A stretch of DNA of 64,000 nucleotides, taken from contig CM068745.1 in assembly GCA_035084275.1 (NCBI GenBank), forward strand, positions 1,674,001 through 1,738,000. Direction: 5' to 3'. Numbering within the stretch: position 1 is the first letter of the stretch; every line of letters begins with the position of its first letter. Both the position numbers and the translations under genes were made by a program. Positions 12,880 through 26,629 of this stretch are shown here, piece after piece. This stretch comes from Hydrolagus colliei. Its lineage: Eukaryota. The notes beneath the pieces were generated by a model. That model was not told the DNA's origin, ran no database searches, and saw only the letters and a list, made by a program, of their open reading frames with translations.

Positions 12880-14383
12880 CATAGAATTTTATAGATTCAT
12901 AGAATTTTACGGCACAAAAGGAGGCCATTCGGCCCATCTAGTCTGTGCCGGCTCTTTGAAAAGAGCGATTCAATCCCACTGCCCTGCCCGCTCCCCATAG
13001 CCTAATAGACCCGTTCTCCCTAAATAAAGATCTAATTCCCTTTTAAAAGTTGTTATCGAATCAGCCTCCACCACCTTTTCAGGCAATGCATTCCAGATTC
13101 GAACAACTCGCTGAGTGAAAAAAATTCTCCTCAGCTCCCCTCTACGTCGCCTTGAAACTATTTTAAATCTGTGACCACGAGTCACAGATTCACCCATGAG
13201 TGGAAATAGTTTTTCTCTATTTTCTCTATTTGCCCTGTCGAAACCCCTCATGATCTTATAAACCTCTATTAGGTCTCCCCTCAATCTTCTCTGCTCCAGA
13301 GAGAATAACCCTAGCCTATCTAGCCTCTCCTCATAGCTGAAGTCCCTCAATCCTGGCACCATCCTAGTAAATCTTCGCTGCACCCTTTCCAATGCTTTCA
13401 CATCCTTTCTGTAATGTGGTGACCAGAATTGAACACAGTATTCCAGCTGAGGCCTCACCAAAGTCCTATAGAGGTTAGTCAGCACTTCCTGACTTTTGTA
13501 CTCTATACCCCTATTTATAAAGCCTAGTATCCCATATGCCTTCTTATCAGCCTTGTCTACCTGTCCTGCCACCTTCAACGAGTCACTAACACAAATCCCC
13601 AGGTCTCTCTGTTCCTTCACACCATTTAAAATTGTACTATCTAGCCTATATTGCCTCCCTTCATTTCTTCTCCCAAAATGCATCACCTCACACTTCTCTG
13701 CATTAAACTTCATCTGCCATGTGTCTGCCCACTTTACCAATTTGTCTATATCCTCTTGCAGATGGCTACTATCCTCCTCACTGTTTACTATTCTCCCTAA
13801 CTTAGTGTCATCTGCAAACTTGGAAACTGTACTCCGTACACCCAAGTCCAGATCATTGATGTAGATTACAAACAGCAATGGTCCCAAAACTGATCCCTGT
13901 GGCACACCACTGCTCACTTCCCTCCAGTCTGAAAAACAGCCGCTCACTACAACTCTCTGCTTTCTGTCTCGCAGCCAGTTGTGGATCCACGCTGCCACTG
14001 TCCCTTTTACGCCATGGGCCTTTAATTTCATAATAAGTCTCTCATGTGGCACTTTGTCAACTGCCTTTTGAAAGTCCATGTAAACTACATCAACTGCGCT
14101 ACCATTATCCACCCATTCCGTTACCTCATCAAAAAATTCTATCAGATTTGTAAGGCAAGATTTGCCTTTAACAAATCCATGTTGACTGTCCTTTATTAGC
14201 CTATATCTTTCTAAGTGAAGATCTACCTTGTCCCTGATTATGGACTCTAGAAGTTTGCCCACTACCGACGTTAGACTGACTGGTCTGTAGTTACCAGGCT
14301 TGTCCTTCTGCCCCTTTTTATACAAGGGAGTAACATTAGCTATCCTCCAGTCCTCTGGCACGACCCCTGTGCCAGAGGACTGG
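12880..14383 (-). mobile_element. CR1-clade LINE, 5'-truncated, young copy with an uninterrupted RT/C-terminal frame (12970-14361, 463 aa)
   Basis: [29 protein letters not shown] and RGDLIEVYKIM motifs; 3' UTR ends in an (ATTCTATG)-like tail at ~12880-12908. Confidence 0.95.
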
Positions 14384-15814
14384 GGTCATCAAAAACTTGA
14401 TGATTTTTAAAATTCTGCATCAGTCATATGGTCAGTGGAATGTTATTTCGTACACAAAACACAATGTAGATTCATTCAGTCCTTTAATTCAAACTTTACA
14501 AATCAACCTCTTCCAAATCTCTCTTTCTAAATCGCTATTTCAAATCTGCAAGTCACTCTTCCCAGAATCCTTTTATATTTGCATCATCCATATTCCATTG
14601 CCACTTACTTCCTTAAAGAAACGCATCTTTCCCACACGCATCAACTGGAAATGCTAACATCTCCATTTAAGGACTATGTGTACTGCCTGTTCATCAATGC
14701 TTTGGGTGATGGGATTCAGGATACAAGGGAATTGGATCTACAACCTAAGGTCCTAGGGAGAACTTACTTTTATCTCTCTCAAGACAAATTTACTTTTATA
14801 CAGAGAATTGATTTAATCAGGCAGGGTGAATCCACCAGGACCTTCTAGCCCCAAGTCCTACACACGACCCACTAAACTATTAGCTAATTAAAATCTCTCA
14901 GCCATACCAACACTGACATACATACATTAAGATTCAACAAAGCAAGTCACCAATTTAGTGGGTAGCGGACACTACAGCAATCAACAAAACTAAAATGCAT
15001 CAGATCAGAAGGTTCCAGCACAAAGACTACAATAATAATAATCCTTGCATTTGACATAGTGCCTTGTCCTGTCATTGAGCTGTCTCAAAGTGCTCCAGAG
15101 TGGATTGACAGTGTGTTTTTGTCTTTAAAGAGGCCAGGACAGCCCAGACAGGCCAAATGACCATCTTCTGTGCTGTAAATTTCTGTGGTTCTAAGAATTG
15201 ATATCCAATCATTACAACAACAAGTTTGATGTATATGGCGCCCTCCATGCCGGACGGCGTCTCAGAGCGCTTCACAATAATGGATCCTGGGACCGAGCCA
15301 GGGGCAGGGGGAGGAAGGTGACCAAAGGCGCAGTCGAAGAGAAAGGTCTTTAGCTAACTACAATTAGCTAGGGTGTTGATAATGCAGTACAACTGGCTTG
15401 AGGCACCGTGGCTGTATATAAAGAAGAAAAATCACCTAGGATTTCTATTCCTGATTGTGATCTGTGCTGGAATGTACTCGTGTGTGGACTTTGGGTGAGA
15501 CTGTATTGATTGACCTCAGCTACAGTAGCCCTCAGTGGGTTGTGTACTGACACTCGCTGTCTAGCCTTATGTACAAGGACAGGAAAGTCAGCCTGAGCAC
15601 AGCTGCACTACAGTTTAAATTGGGAAACAAGAGAAGAAAATCAAACCAAGAACAAAAACAGGAAATGCCTTTTGAACAACCGTCTCATCTTCTGTACCCT
15701 CTCTACATGTCACTGTCTTCCTGTATTTTCTCAAGAAAGTTTTACTTGAAAGACTTCCAAGCCTATTTTTTGGTTTCCCAATAATAATTTGGATTTTGGT
15801 CCCCTGGTGTTCTG

Positions 15815-16375
15815 TCAAGCTGTCTGTCAGACATCAAGACCTGGATGTGCGCAAATTTCCTTCGGCTCAATGTTGACAAGCCGGAAGCCATACTCTTTGG
15901 CTCTCATCGACGTCTTCAATCCCATGGCTCTCACCCCCTCCAACTACTTGACCTGACCCTAAAACTCTCTGAACCCGTACGCAACTTAGGTGTCAGGATC
16001 GACCGCCAATTATCCTTCCTCCTCCAGATCGGGTCCCTCACCAGCACTGCGTTCTTCCATCTCCGACACACAACCCGTCTCCACCAATATCTCACCCCAA
16101 AAGCTGCCGAAACCCTGGTCCATGCATTTGTCACCTCTCGGCTGAACTATTCCAATGCCCTCCTCGCCGGTCTCCCCTCTGCCACCATTTTGCAAAATCC
16201 AGGTTATTCAAAATTCCACCACCCAGCATTCTCACCCAAACCAAACTTTGCTCCCTGATTACCTTGCCCGACTTCACTGGCTCCTTGTCTCAGAGCAGAT
16301 CGATTTCAAGATCCTCACTCTTGTTTTCAAATCCCTTCACTACTCTGCACCCCCCTACCTCTCTGACGTCCTCTC
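15815..16375 (+). mobile_element. L2-clade LINE RT C-terminal fragment
   Basis: WMCANFLRLNVDKPEAILFG, VRNLGV, LVHAFVTSRLNYSNALL, LHWL...FKIL motifs. Confidence 0.88.
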
Positions 16376-16377
16376 TG

Positions 16378-17330
16378 AGGAGGGAGTGGACAGGTTAGGG
16401 GTTAGGAAGTCACAGAGGTTGGGTGGGGCAAGGCCGTGGAGGGCTCACTATGAAACAACTTGAATTTCAACACAGCCCAACATTCAGTTAGATTTGGGTT
16501 TGCTCCTCGTTAATTTTTTTGCGTGTTTTGCCCACAAAATATGCAGCCAATTCACTTAATTCACTTATCTAAGCCCTGTAGCTCAGTGGTTAGAGCACTC
16601 GCCTTGCAACCGAGGGACCTGGGTTCAATTCCAGGCAGGGCAAAACCTTGGGCGTGTTTTCTTACTCAACATGCCTGATAATAATCACAAAACAAACAAT
16701 AACAATTTGTGGGACGCTGCTGTGTGCAATTGGCTGCAGCGTTTTGCCCACAAATATAGAGTCAATTCACTTTACAGTACAGTACTGTACTGTATATTCT
16801 GTAAAGCGCTTTGAGACATCTATAAGCTGTGAAAAACGCTATATCAAACTCAAGAATTATTATTATTTTAAAGGTAAGAACCAGGATCTTGAATTGAATC
16901 CTCTAAATAATGTTAAGCCAATGAAGTCAGAGAGAACGGGGGGAGATAGAGTCGCGGAGCTTGGTGCGGGAGAGGACACGGCTTCAGAGTTCTGGACAAT
17001 CTGCAGGCTATGGAGGAAGGATTTGGGAAGGACAAAATGCAGGGCGTTGGCCTAGTGAAGCCTGTACGTGATGAAGGCACGAATGAGAGTTTCAATGGCC
17101 TGAGGTGGCGGAGTCGCGCAATATTGCGGAGGTGAGGGAAGGCAGAGCTGGTCATGGCATGGATATGGGCGAGAAAAGATAGTTGAGCAACGTACAAGAC
17201 ACCTCGGTTCCTGCCTGGCTTGGTGAGGTGGAGTGTGCATCCATGGAGGTTGATGCTGCCAGTGCCTGAGGTGTAACCCAATCAGGAGGGCCTCTCAGTC
17301 TTGTTGACATTCAACTAGAAAGTTAGCTGA
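16378..17330 (-). mobile_element. L2 LINE fragment interrupted by a SINE, convergent with the 15.8-16.4 kb copy
   Basis: RNRGV, AFPHLRNIARLR and [19 protein letters not shown] split by an insert at ~16450-16867. Confidence 0.8.
16573..16867 (+). mobile_element. Deu-type SINE nested in an L2
   Basis: Head gccctgtagctcagtggttagagc, core, tail. Confidence 0.88.
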
Positions 17331-18235
17331 TTCCATTACTCTCCTATTGCTTTTCATTCTTACTCCTCAGTTTTGCTTTACTGCTCAATGGGTCATTTTC
17401 TCAGTGTTGCAAACATTTAGCACTCCAACTCCATGCCCTACAGTAAACTAGACTGAAATCTACAATGACCATATCTGTAACCACAATCGAATGACACATC
17501 ATCTCGGTTTGGGTTTGAAGGTATGGTTAGTAATGCAGTTACCCGCTCTGTCGAAAACTATTATTGTAAGGATTATTATTATTATTATTATTCTGTGAAC
17601 AACAACAACAAAATGATTACACTTGTATAGCGGAGGGGCTGGAAGTGCTTTGAGACATCTAGAAGACGTGAAAAGTACTACAGTATAACAAATGAAAGGA
17701 TTATTATTATTATTGTTGTTTACATAGAGGTTAAGAGAAGTTGCATTAGTTCAATAAACATAGTTACAATAAACAGCGAACAATATTGGCTGTTACGCTC
17801 CCTTATAGCAAAGCCAGTGTGCAAATGGCAATATCTAAACTCATAAGCAGTTTACATCAATCTCAAAATGACTGGCTTATCATTGTTTCTGTAACTGGAA
17901 CTAGCAAGAGTTGACTCTGGAATTAGCAAGCGTTAAATTCAGGAACCAAAAGTCCTTGTTTTCCAACCGTTGTGTTCAGCTGTATCCTGTATCATGGTTT
18001 TTCTTCTCTGTTACTTCCTTGTAATGTTGCTGCAATCACTAGAACAGTCGAGGTAGAGTGGCTTGAATCACAGAACGAGGGATGTGAAAAATACACTTAC
18101 TCTCACCACCTCAGCCCAGACATCATGATGACCAATTCTGACTGAACCAAAGTACAGTAAAGCTCATGTAAGTCATATCAGTTGGGTCCATCAGCTGTGA
18201 AGCCTCCAGCATGCTATCCCACATGAAGGGCGCTA

Positions 18236-19074
18236 TAATAATAATAATCCTTGCATTTGACTTAGCGCTTTTCACATCTTATCGACATCTCAAAGCGCTT
18301 CACAGAATATACTGTAAAGTGAATTGACTGTATATTTGTGGGAGAAACGCAGCAGCCAATTGCACACAGCAGCGTCCCCACAAAGTCATGGATTGAAAAT
18401 GACAAATTCTTATTGTGTTTTTTTTGTGGAGGAATTATTATTATGTGTGTGGAGTGAGGAAATTTGCATAAGGTTTCACCCTGATCTGCCTGGATTCGAA
18501 CACAGGTCTCAGGCTTGTAAGACGAGTGCTCTAATCACTGAGCTACAGGACTCCACTCCATATAAATGCAAGTTGTTATTGTTGTTGTTGTTGGTGACCA
18601 TAATATTTAAGGTGACATACACAAAGGCTGAGTTGCAGGCCAAATTATAAGAAAATAATAATAATAATCTTTGCATTTGATACAGCACTTTTCACGACTT
18701 CTAAATGTCTCAAAGCGCTTCACAGAATATACTGTACAGAAAATTGACTGTATATTTGTGGGCAAAATGCGGCAGCCAATTGCGCACAGCAGTGTCCCAC
18801 AACCAGACATGGATTGAAATTAGCAATTCTTTTTCTTGAGGGATTATTATAATAAATAATCCTTGCATTTTGAGATAGTGCTTTTCACATGTTATCGACG
18901 ACTCAAAGCGCTTCACAGAATACACTGTAAAGTAAATTGACTGTATATCTGTGGGCGAAACGGGCGTGTGGCGTGTGGAGTAAAGAAACTTGCCCAGGGT
19001 TTCACACTGCCTGGAATCAAACCAAGATATCTTGCTTGTGAGCCAAGTGCTCCAAACACTGAGCTGCAGACTCC
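18236..19074 (-). mobile_element. Cluster of three SINE copies (18236-18554 full; 18655-18847 and 18848-19074 partial)
   Basis: Repeated tail/core/head blocks on the minus strand. Confidence 0.88.
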
Positions 19075-19114
19075 AAAATACAATGCAATCAATAATCGAC
19101 AGTTGCATAACAAG

Positions 19115-19820
19115 TATTGGGACTCCTCAATTAACGTCGGGGATGTGTTCTTGAAAAGTGTGAATTTAATTGAAACGACATATAGCGAAACCTATACGAC
19201 CATAGACCCCAATGATATAAATAGGGGATTACGTTGCTTCGGTTCATTTCTGGTCTAAATTTTCTTAAACTGATATTAAATATAGACCAAAAACAACACT
19301 ACTGGCATTGAAAATTTAAATAAATGTTTATTAAATATATAAATAAGATACAAATGCAATTAAGAGAACACTGAGGTTGATGTGGTCAGTGGGCGGGGCG
19401 GAGTGGTGGGAGGGGGCGGGGTCATTCAGATGAAGGGGGGCGGGGTTACCAGAGAGGCCCCTCCCTCCCTCCCTGCGTCACCAAACAGCTGATCACGTAG
19501 GAAGAGCAAACACGTGACAGGGAGGGGCCTCGCTGTTAGACCCCGTCCCTTTATCTGAATGACTCCGCCCCCTCCCACCCACATTCCAGTCAATGTTCTC
19601 TTCATTATATTTATTATCTGATTTATATACAGTATTTACTAAATAACTAATATTAAATGTCATCAGCTATAACAGCCCTTCAGTTAATCACATTTTCTAA
19701 TTTTTTTCTAACTATTTATTAATCATAGTTTTTTATTAATCACAGAGACTATGATTTGTTAATCACAGAGACGACAGTTTCCGCTTAAAGTTGGTGTGCA
19801 GCGTTATGACTAAGGACATG
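19115..19820. mobile_element. MER6-like (TcMar-Tigger) non-autonomous element with a long internal palindrome
   Basis: Terminus gactcctcaattaacgtcgggg...gaaacgacatatagcgaaacc resembles MER6 ends; inverted arms 19407-19466/19519-19577. Confidence 0.6.
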
Positions 19821-19828
19821 ATTAATAA

Positions 19829-20025
19829 CAATAATAATCCTTGCATTTGATACAGCGTTTTTCACTTCTTATCGACGTCCCAAAGCGCTTCACAGAATAT
19901 ACTGTAAAGTGAAGTGACTGTATATTTGTGGGCGAATCGCGGCAGCCAATTGCACACAGCAGCGTCCCCCACAAACAGTCGTGGATTAAAATGACCAATT
20001 TTATTACTTTTTTTAGGTATTATTA
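19829..20025 (-). mobile_element. Deu-type SINE 3' half
   Basis: Tail and core. Confidence 0.85.
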
Positions 20026-20806
20026 GTGCAAGTAGGGCAGAGAAATCTAAGTGGTTTTGATAAGAAATTGAATGGGACTCATACGGGATGATTGGGATGA
20101 TACGATTTATTAAAGACACAGGTTTTACTGTACACATCTTTTATCGTTGTCTCATTTTAACACCAAGATGGATGGTCCATCCACATCTGCACATTATCAC
20201 AACTCCTTACCCACTTGATAGCTATTTATAGGCTGCTTCAAGGAAGTCTCTTAGGACACAGTAACCATGAGCTGATTTTGATTAAAACAGTGCAAGACTG
20301 TTAGATCAACACTTAGCGAGAGAGCTGCAGCTATATAAAAAAAATCTTACTTCTGAGCCAATTTAACTCTTCAAGGCTCACAGACTATAATTTGTCCCAA
20401 TAATAATTTATCTAAATGTATACCAACTACCCTATAACATACGTCAATGCTCAATACAATTCAGCTGATTTTGATTAACTGAAAGTGATCTACAAATCAT
20501 TTCAATGCGAACAAGCATAGGATAAACAACATCCAGTTGATCCAACAATCCATTTATAGTTCTATTAAATTATCATTCCGTAGATTAGCTAACAAACAAA
20601 TATTTCTAACTGAATCAATATAACATTAGCAATAATATATTTCCCATTCCAACATCACCAATAAAGCTTTGGCAGAATTTTTAGTTCCTTATTACAGTAC
20701 ATTGTGTTCACCAGCAAATACACGGAGACTACACTTTACAGGTAACTCTGGGAAGCCGCTTGAGACGTTTCAAAGTGGGACAGTTGACATCAGATTGCAA
20801 GGATTA

Positions 20807-21050
20807 CAGATGGCCACCGCTAACATCGCCCCGCTTCAAGTTCTTTCGTTATTACGTTGTTGATACATAGGGAACGTATGTTCATTTAACGTTGCAACGT
20901 TCACTATTACGTCGTTCACCTGCGGGTGGAAAGGGAGCACGACAGCGTTAGGACCTGGGAGTGAGACCAGCCAGGCCGGCAGTCAGTGAGTGAGCGGGGC
21001 AGGCAGTCAGGTCGGCACTGATTGGTCGGCCAGCAATGGAAGCCATTTAC
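20807..21050. mobile_element. MER6/Tigger-like fragment related to 43384-43715
   Basis: Shares ttcgttattacgttgttgatacatagg...cactattacgtcgtt with the 43.4 kb element. Confidence 0.55.
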
Positions 21051-22769
21051 ACCCAGTCACACAAACAAACAATCAATAATTTATGGCAGTATTTTTCTGG
21101 CCAGGATAGACTCCCTTCCATTGCGAACACTGCCATGGAATCTGTAATGTCCGTCTAAACTTTGTGATGTTCCCCCAATGCGACTGAAAGTGAAAATTGT
21201 TGTTGTAAGATTTTTTGGAGTTTCTATTATTGCAAAGATGCTTCAACTGAATCATGTTAAAAAAAAGTATGCTCCATCCTGTGGCAAACAAACCACAGTA
21301 CAAAGACTACAAATATACAGTCAACTCACTTTGCAGTATATTCTGGGAAAGCGCTTTGAGACGCCGATAAGATGTAGAAAAGCACTATATCAAATGCAAG
21401 GATTATTATTATATTATTATTTATTATTTATTATTTATTATTATTAATTGGCCCAGACTCAGAAAGCAGGTCTAGAACCTCAGAACCTGTGGAATTTTCA
21501 ACGCCCCCACTGGCCTGTCTGGAAAATCAATTTGTATTGCAAATGTTTTGAGTTTGATTCATGAAAACGTTTTTCCATCTTTGTATTCCAGCAATAGTCA
21601 TAAATTTCCAGACATTCAGCTACTGTGTGCTCCGTGACTTTCCTTTCCTACAAGATACAATCTATTGGAAATATCGAAACTTTTGACCTGAAATCAATGC
21701 CAACATAAAGGTGTGTTGGCGTCGATTTCTGCAAAACATCTCTCAAGCCAAAGGACCAAGCAGAATTTAAGCTCCAGTCCTGTTTTAGGATTTATTATAT
21801 TTTTAATATGGAAGGAAGTTTCTCCTGGTGTTCTGGCCACAAGAATCCCTTGTATAAAATTGGTTCATTCGTTTCTTGGTAGTTTATGGGACACTGTTGT
21901 GTGCAAATCAGCTGATGCAATCATCTACAAAATACACAGTCACTACTCGATTTTGGCTTGGAATCAAACGCCTTTGAAAATTGTGTCACCTCCCTGCAAA
22001 GATTGAATGTACAACTGGCGACCGTCTACAGGAGGCGTTTCTCCATCTCACACCTTCTCCAGCAATGACTGAACCAGTGAAAATCCACTCACTTTTCACT
22101 CAAAAAGTAGTTGCTTCAAAATGTTTGGGCAGCAGACCAGCATGAAAAACAACAATTTGCTTTTCTGTGGCCCTTTTAACACAGGGTAGAGTCTCAAAGC
22201 CTAAAAAAGGCCTTTCTTCACAGAGCCCTGCATGTGTTGTGCAGGCTCAGATCTCTTTCAACTCCACGGAGAGCAATTGATAGCTTGAAGTATAAATCCA
22301 GCCTGTCTCTCTGAATCATTCCACTAGTGAGCCAAACAGACAACAGCTAACTCATCAAAGAATTCCAGTAGACTAGTGAGGCATGACCCTGTAAATTCAT
22401 ATTGCCGACTCCTCCGTATCTGTGCTTTTAGGTGGAGAAATTATCTCCTTCACCGCCCCACCTTCTTGCGGTTATAGATTTAATCTATTTATGTAGCATT
22501 TTATAGCATCCAGAATTTGGCAAATTCTTAAATACATCTGTAATTTTTTTAAAGATAGATATTCGAAATACTTTTTATTGACAATGGCAGTGAAGAAATA
22601 AAATAACAACATCAACCAAAACCCATCAAATAAAAGAATTAGGACAAAATTGACTAAACTAATGACAACAACAAATTGCATTTACATTTCATGTCGGGAG
22701 ACAACGCAAACACTGAGAATAAATGTCTCAGCAACAGAGGGTAAAATAACTGGAGGATAAGGGGAAAAA

Positions 22770-23005
22770 AACGTTTACGCAATGAGTTGTTACTATCTGG
22801 AATACACTGATACCTGGCCTGAAAGGGGTGGGGAAAACAGATTCAATAACTTTCAGCAGAGAATTGGGAATATACTTGAAAATAAAAAAATGGGAAAAGG
22901 GTGAGTGTTTTGGACTAAATGGTTAGATTTTTAAAGAGCGGCAGCTGGCACAGGCAGAATGAGCTGAATGTCTCCTGCGCTGCAAGATTCCATGGTTTTA
23001 TGATT
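22770..23005 (+). mobile_element. Degraded CR1 3' end
   Basis: tttacgcaatgagttgt...tggaat...gattcaataactttc...ttccatggttttatg. Confidence 0.6.
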
Positions 23006-26000
23006 CAGTCGGTAACACTGATTTACAATATTGTGGTTTCAGACTCTGAGCTCGAGTCATTCACACCATTGCTATCTCCGGGACATTGGCTGCCGTATTC
23101 ACCTACAAATTACACAGTCATAACACATTACAATAAATCCTGCGAAGGTGCCTTGAGACTTCCTCCAGACGTGAAGGCTCTATTTCAAATGCAAGGTTTT
23201 TAAAATTTAGATGAACCGAACATTCATTTCCAATTTAATCTCACATTCCGCAGACCTCAAGTCCACCTCTGATAGACATGCGCTTCCTAAAACTATTAAC
23301 TAGAAAAGCCTAGCTATTTACTATTGCAAAGGAGTTTGTGTTTTAGTCAGCCGGGTGTCTGACGCACGCAGAAACCCATCGCCATACTTAATAACCACGC
23401 CAGTCTGAGAGTTCCACGTAGGAATGCGACCTACATCGGAATGCGCACTCTCTCCCTGGAGCGGCATCTAATCTCTGGGGAATTAGATGCAGATTGGCAA
23501 GGGCCAAGGCTTGGGACTCCAGACTGCTACATAAATGTAATGTTGTTGTTGTTGCTGAGGTATTGTTGTTGGAGATTCGCAAGCTGCAACCTCATAGCTT
23601 GCCTTTGAATCCATCTAGCAAGCTTCCCTAGAAACCATGTTCCCAGTATTTTCTCCTCCAAGTTCCAATGATGTGGTAGGTTCACCTATGCTGTCATTAG
23701 CCCAGCCCTGGAGCGCAGACCTACCTGGCTCAGGAGCCGGACTGCCACAAAGGGTTGGCTCAATTCCAATATTCCACTGGCAACCATTTCACTTTGGAGC
23801 CTTCTCAGCCGCAAAGAGACAAGCACCACCCCCCACCCCCACCTCTGAGGAGAATTTATTTGGATAAACAAAAAGGGGGCAAGATATCCTCAGACTTACA
23901 TTAATTAATTCTTAACAGTGTTCATTAAATACTTTTATTTCCCAGTGATGGACTAAGACTCGTGACACTGCAGATGACTACTGTATGTATGTTGATATTT
24001 TAGTGTAGATGTTATCACAGTGTGAAGCCCATTCTCCATGTGGATAAGGAAAATCTTGAATTGGGGCTGTGGAGAATAGGGATTTTTCACTTCCTTACCA
24101 GATGCTGGCCTGCAAGCAATTTTAAAAGGATAAAAAAATTATAAAAAAGGATAAAAAAAAGGATAAAAGCCACTCTCGAAGCTGGGAATCCAAAAAACAA
24201 AGATGAGCTCTATCTCAACAACAACAATTTTAATTTATATTTATATAGAGTCCTCCACGGCGTCTCAGAGCACTTCACAATAACACATCTCCATTCTGAA
24301 ACACCCAGAGTAAGAAATAATTCTCCTAAAATTTTAGGGATCTTTCGTCCCAAACTAGACGCTGACATGTTTCAAGAACATATATTAGCAACAGTTTCTG
24401 CATTATTCCTTAATTATGGCCAATGATAATTGAGGAAAGTAAGACCCTAGCCTCTGGAACCTTTGTCCTCAATCCCTCTGTCTCACCTCCTCTCCATCTG
24501 TCTTCAAATCGTGCCTCAAACTCTACCTCTTTAACTGCGCCATTGATCACCTCCTACTCCCTCTCCTCTTCCTCTCTGCTCAGGGTCCATCGCACCATTG
24601 CAAAGTGCTTCAAGACATTCTACTTGAAAAGTGCGTTATAAATGCAAATTGTTCTGGAAATACCAAGAATTTGCAGTTTCAGTTCTGAAGGACATCCTCC
24701 CGACGTTTAAAGGCACGATACAAATGTAATTGTGTTGTTGTTGTTGAAGTATCTTCTATTTAATAAACGAGACCTGTTGTGCTATATTACCTGGGGAAGA
24801 AGGGTTAAGTCCATGTTACACAACATTTATTTTGTATGCCTTCTCTAATTCATGAGTACGGGACACGTAACAGGTACAGAATTTACACACACAAATGCAC
24901 ATGTCCTTTGTGCAGCGTTTGAGTTGATTCTGCAGTGTTGACGTCTGTCGTTGCCTCACAGTGTGTGGGCTACACCCGACTGTTCATTGTTTGTATGTCT
25001 GGACTTCCTCTCAGTTTCTTCCTGAAACCTTTGGTTCCGGAGCACGGGTGACAGTACCTCCTGTCTCCTCACACAGAAGCAGGACACAACAATTTGCACA
25101 TGCAGGAAATCCAGAGATAGGACAGAGATTTTCCCTTGATCAGCTTGTAATGCTGCCCGCTGTAAAAAGCTTTCAAACATTGTTCTACCTACACAAAGGG
25201 CACAATTTGAATGCAAGTTGTTGAGAAACCCAGCACTGATAGTAGATGCCCAATGTTAATTTTCATCGGCAATTCTGGCAAAGCAGAACCATGGAATGCA
25301 GCTATCACAACCTCGTGTATAATGTGCCCCAAACTATACAGGAATGTCACTCACATGTTTCACCATGAGGTTTCCTTGTGGATCAGGAATGACAGATTAA
25401 TGGTCTCTGCCCTGTTCCTATGTTGGGCATTCTGCCCTGTGTCCGTGCTGTATCATTCTATGGAATTCAATACTATTCAATGTTCGGAGGAGAAGTACTG
25501 TACTGTAATGTGAATATAACTGCCCAGAGTTTCCAGGAGTTTCACAAAGGGTTTTTATGCTCATTGTAAATCACACATTCCTTGGACAACTTGATCCTAG
25601 CAAAGCCGTCCAAATAGGGTCTGTTTCATTGAACAGGTATATTTCCATATTACCATTTAAACCATGTACAATTCCATTGCTATCTATTCTACAAGTGCTA
25701 CATCACTCTGGAAATTAGACTCTCAGTACTAACACATGATCTCTAACGCCCACAAATGCACAATCAATTCACTACAGTATATTCTGTGAAGCGCTTTGAG
25801 ACGTCTAGAAGATGTGATAAGGTGCTATATCAAATGCAAGAATTATTATTATTATTATTCTGTATAATTCAGCCAGATATCAGAAACTCCAGTCCATATA
25901 TGCTCCATAACTAATTTAAATCCCCTTGTTCAAATCATGGATGGTTTCTCAGCACTGCCTTTCCCTTGCTATAAATGAACCTCTGACAGCCATAAATTTG

Positions 26001-26419
26001 AGTGCATGTGGTTTCTTGATGGTTAAATTTGGCCTGATGACCTCAAACAGCATCACCTCACTGATAAATCTTCCTGTTGCTGTTAGTCCTGAATCATTCT
26101 GAAGGGTAACAATAACGCCAAATATATTTTTGAACACCTTGTTTCAAATTCAGTCTTGAACCTGAAGTCGGTTTCCACAGTACAGTTCTTAAAAACAACC
26201 AGCTTCCAAATTCTAACTGGATTTAAGGATTGATAATAAACTAATAATACTAACAATAATAAACCTTGCATTCTGTACAGTATCTTTCACATTGGGAGGA
26301 TGTGTCAAAGTGCTTCACAGTTAAGCGTAATGACCGTGTATTTTATAGGGAAACACAGCAGCCAATTTTTACACGGGAACACTAAAGTCACATTTATATA
26401 AAAGTATTAATAATAATAT

Positions 26420-26610
26420 TAATAATTATAACTTTGTATTTGTTATGGAGCTTTCCACGTCTTCTAGACGTCTTAAAGCATTTCATAGAATATACTGTAA
26501 AGTAAATTTACTGTATATCTGTGGGCAAAACATGGCAGCCAATTGCGCACAGTAGTGTCCCACAAACAGACGTAGATTGAGTGACCAAATTATTATTGTG
26601 TTTGTTTTTT
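26420..26610 (-). mobile_element. Deu-type SINE 3' half
   Basis: cttctagacgtcttaaagc...ggcagccaattgcgcacag. Confidence 0.8.
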
Positions 26611-26629
26611 TTCACAAGATGTAGCTCCT

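Noticed and set aside
24957-25065. FGSGARVTV translation resembling an Ig/TCR J segment, with CACAGTG upstream
   Set aside because: The heptamer is ~66 nt from the Phe codon, there is no convincing nonamer at 12 or 23 spacing, no good donor follows the motif, and no V or C exons are nearby; likely chance
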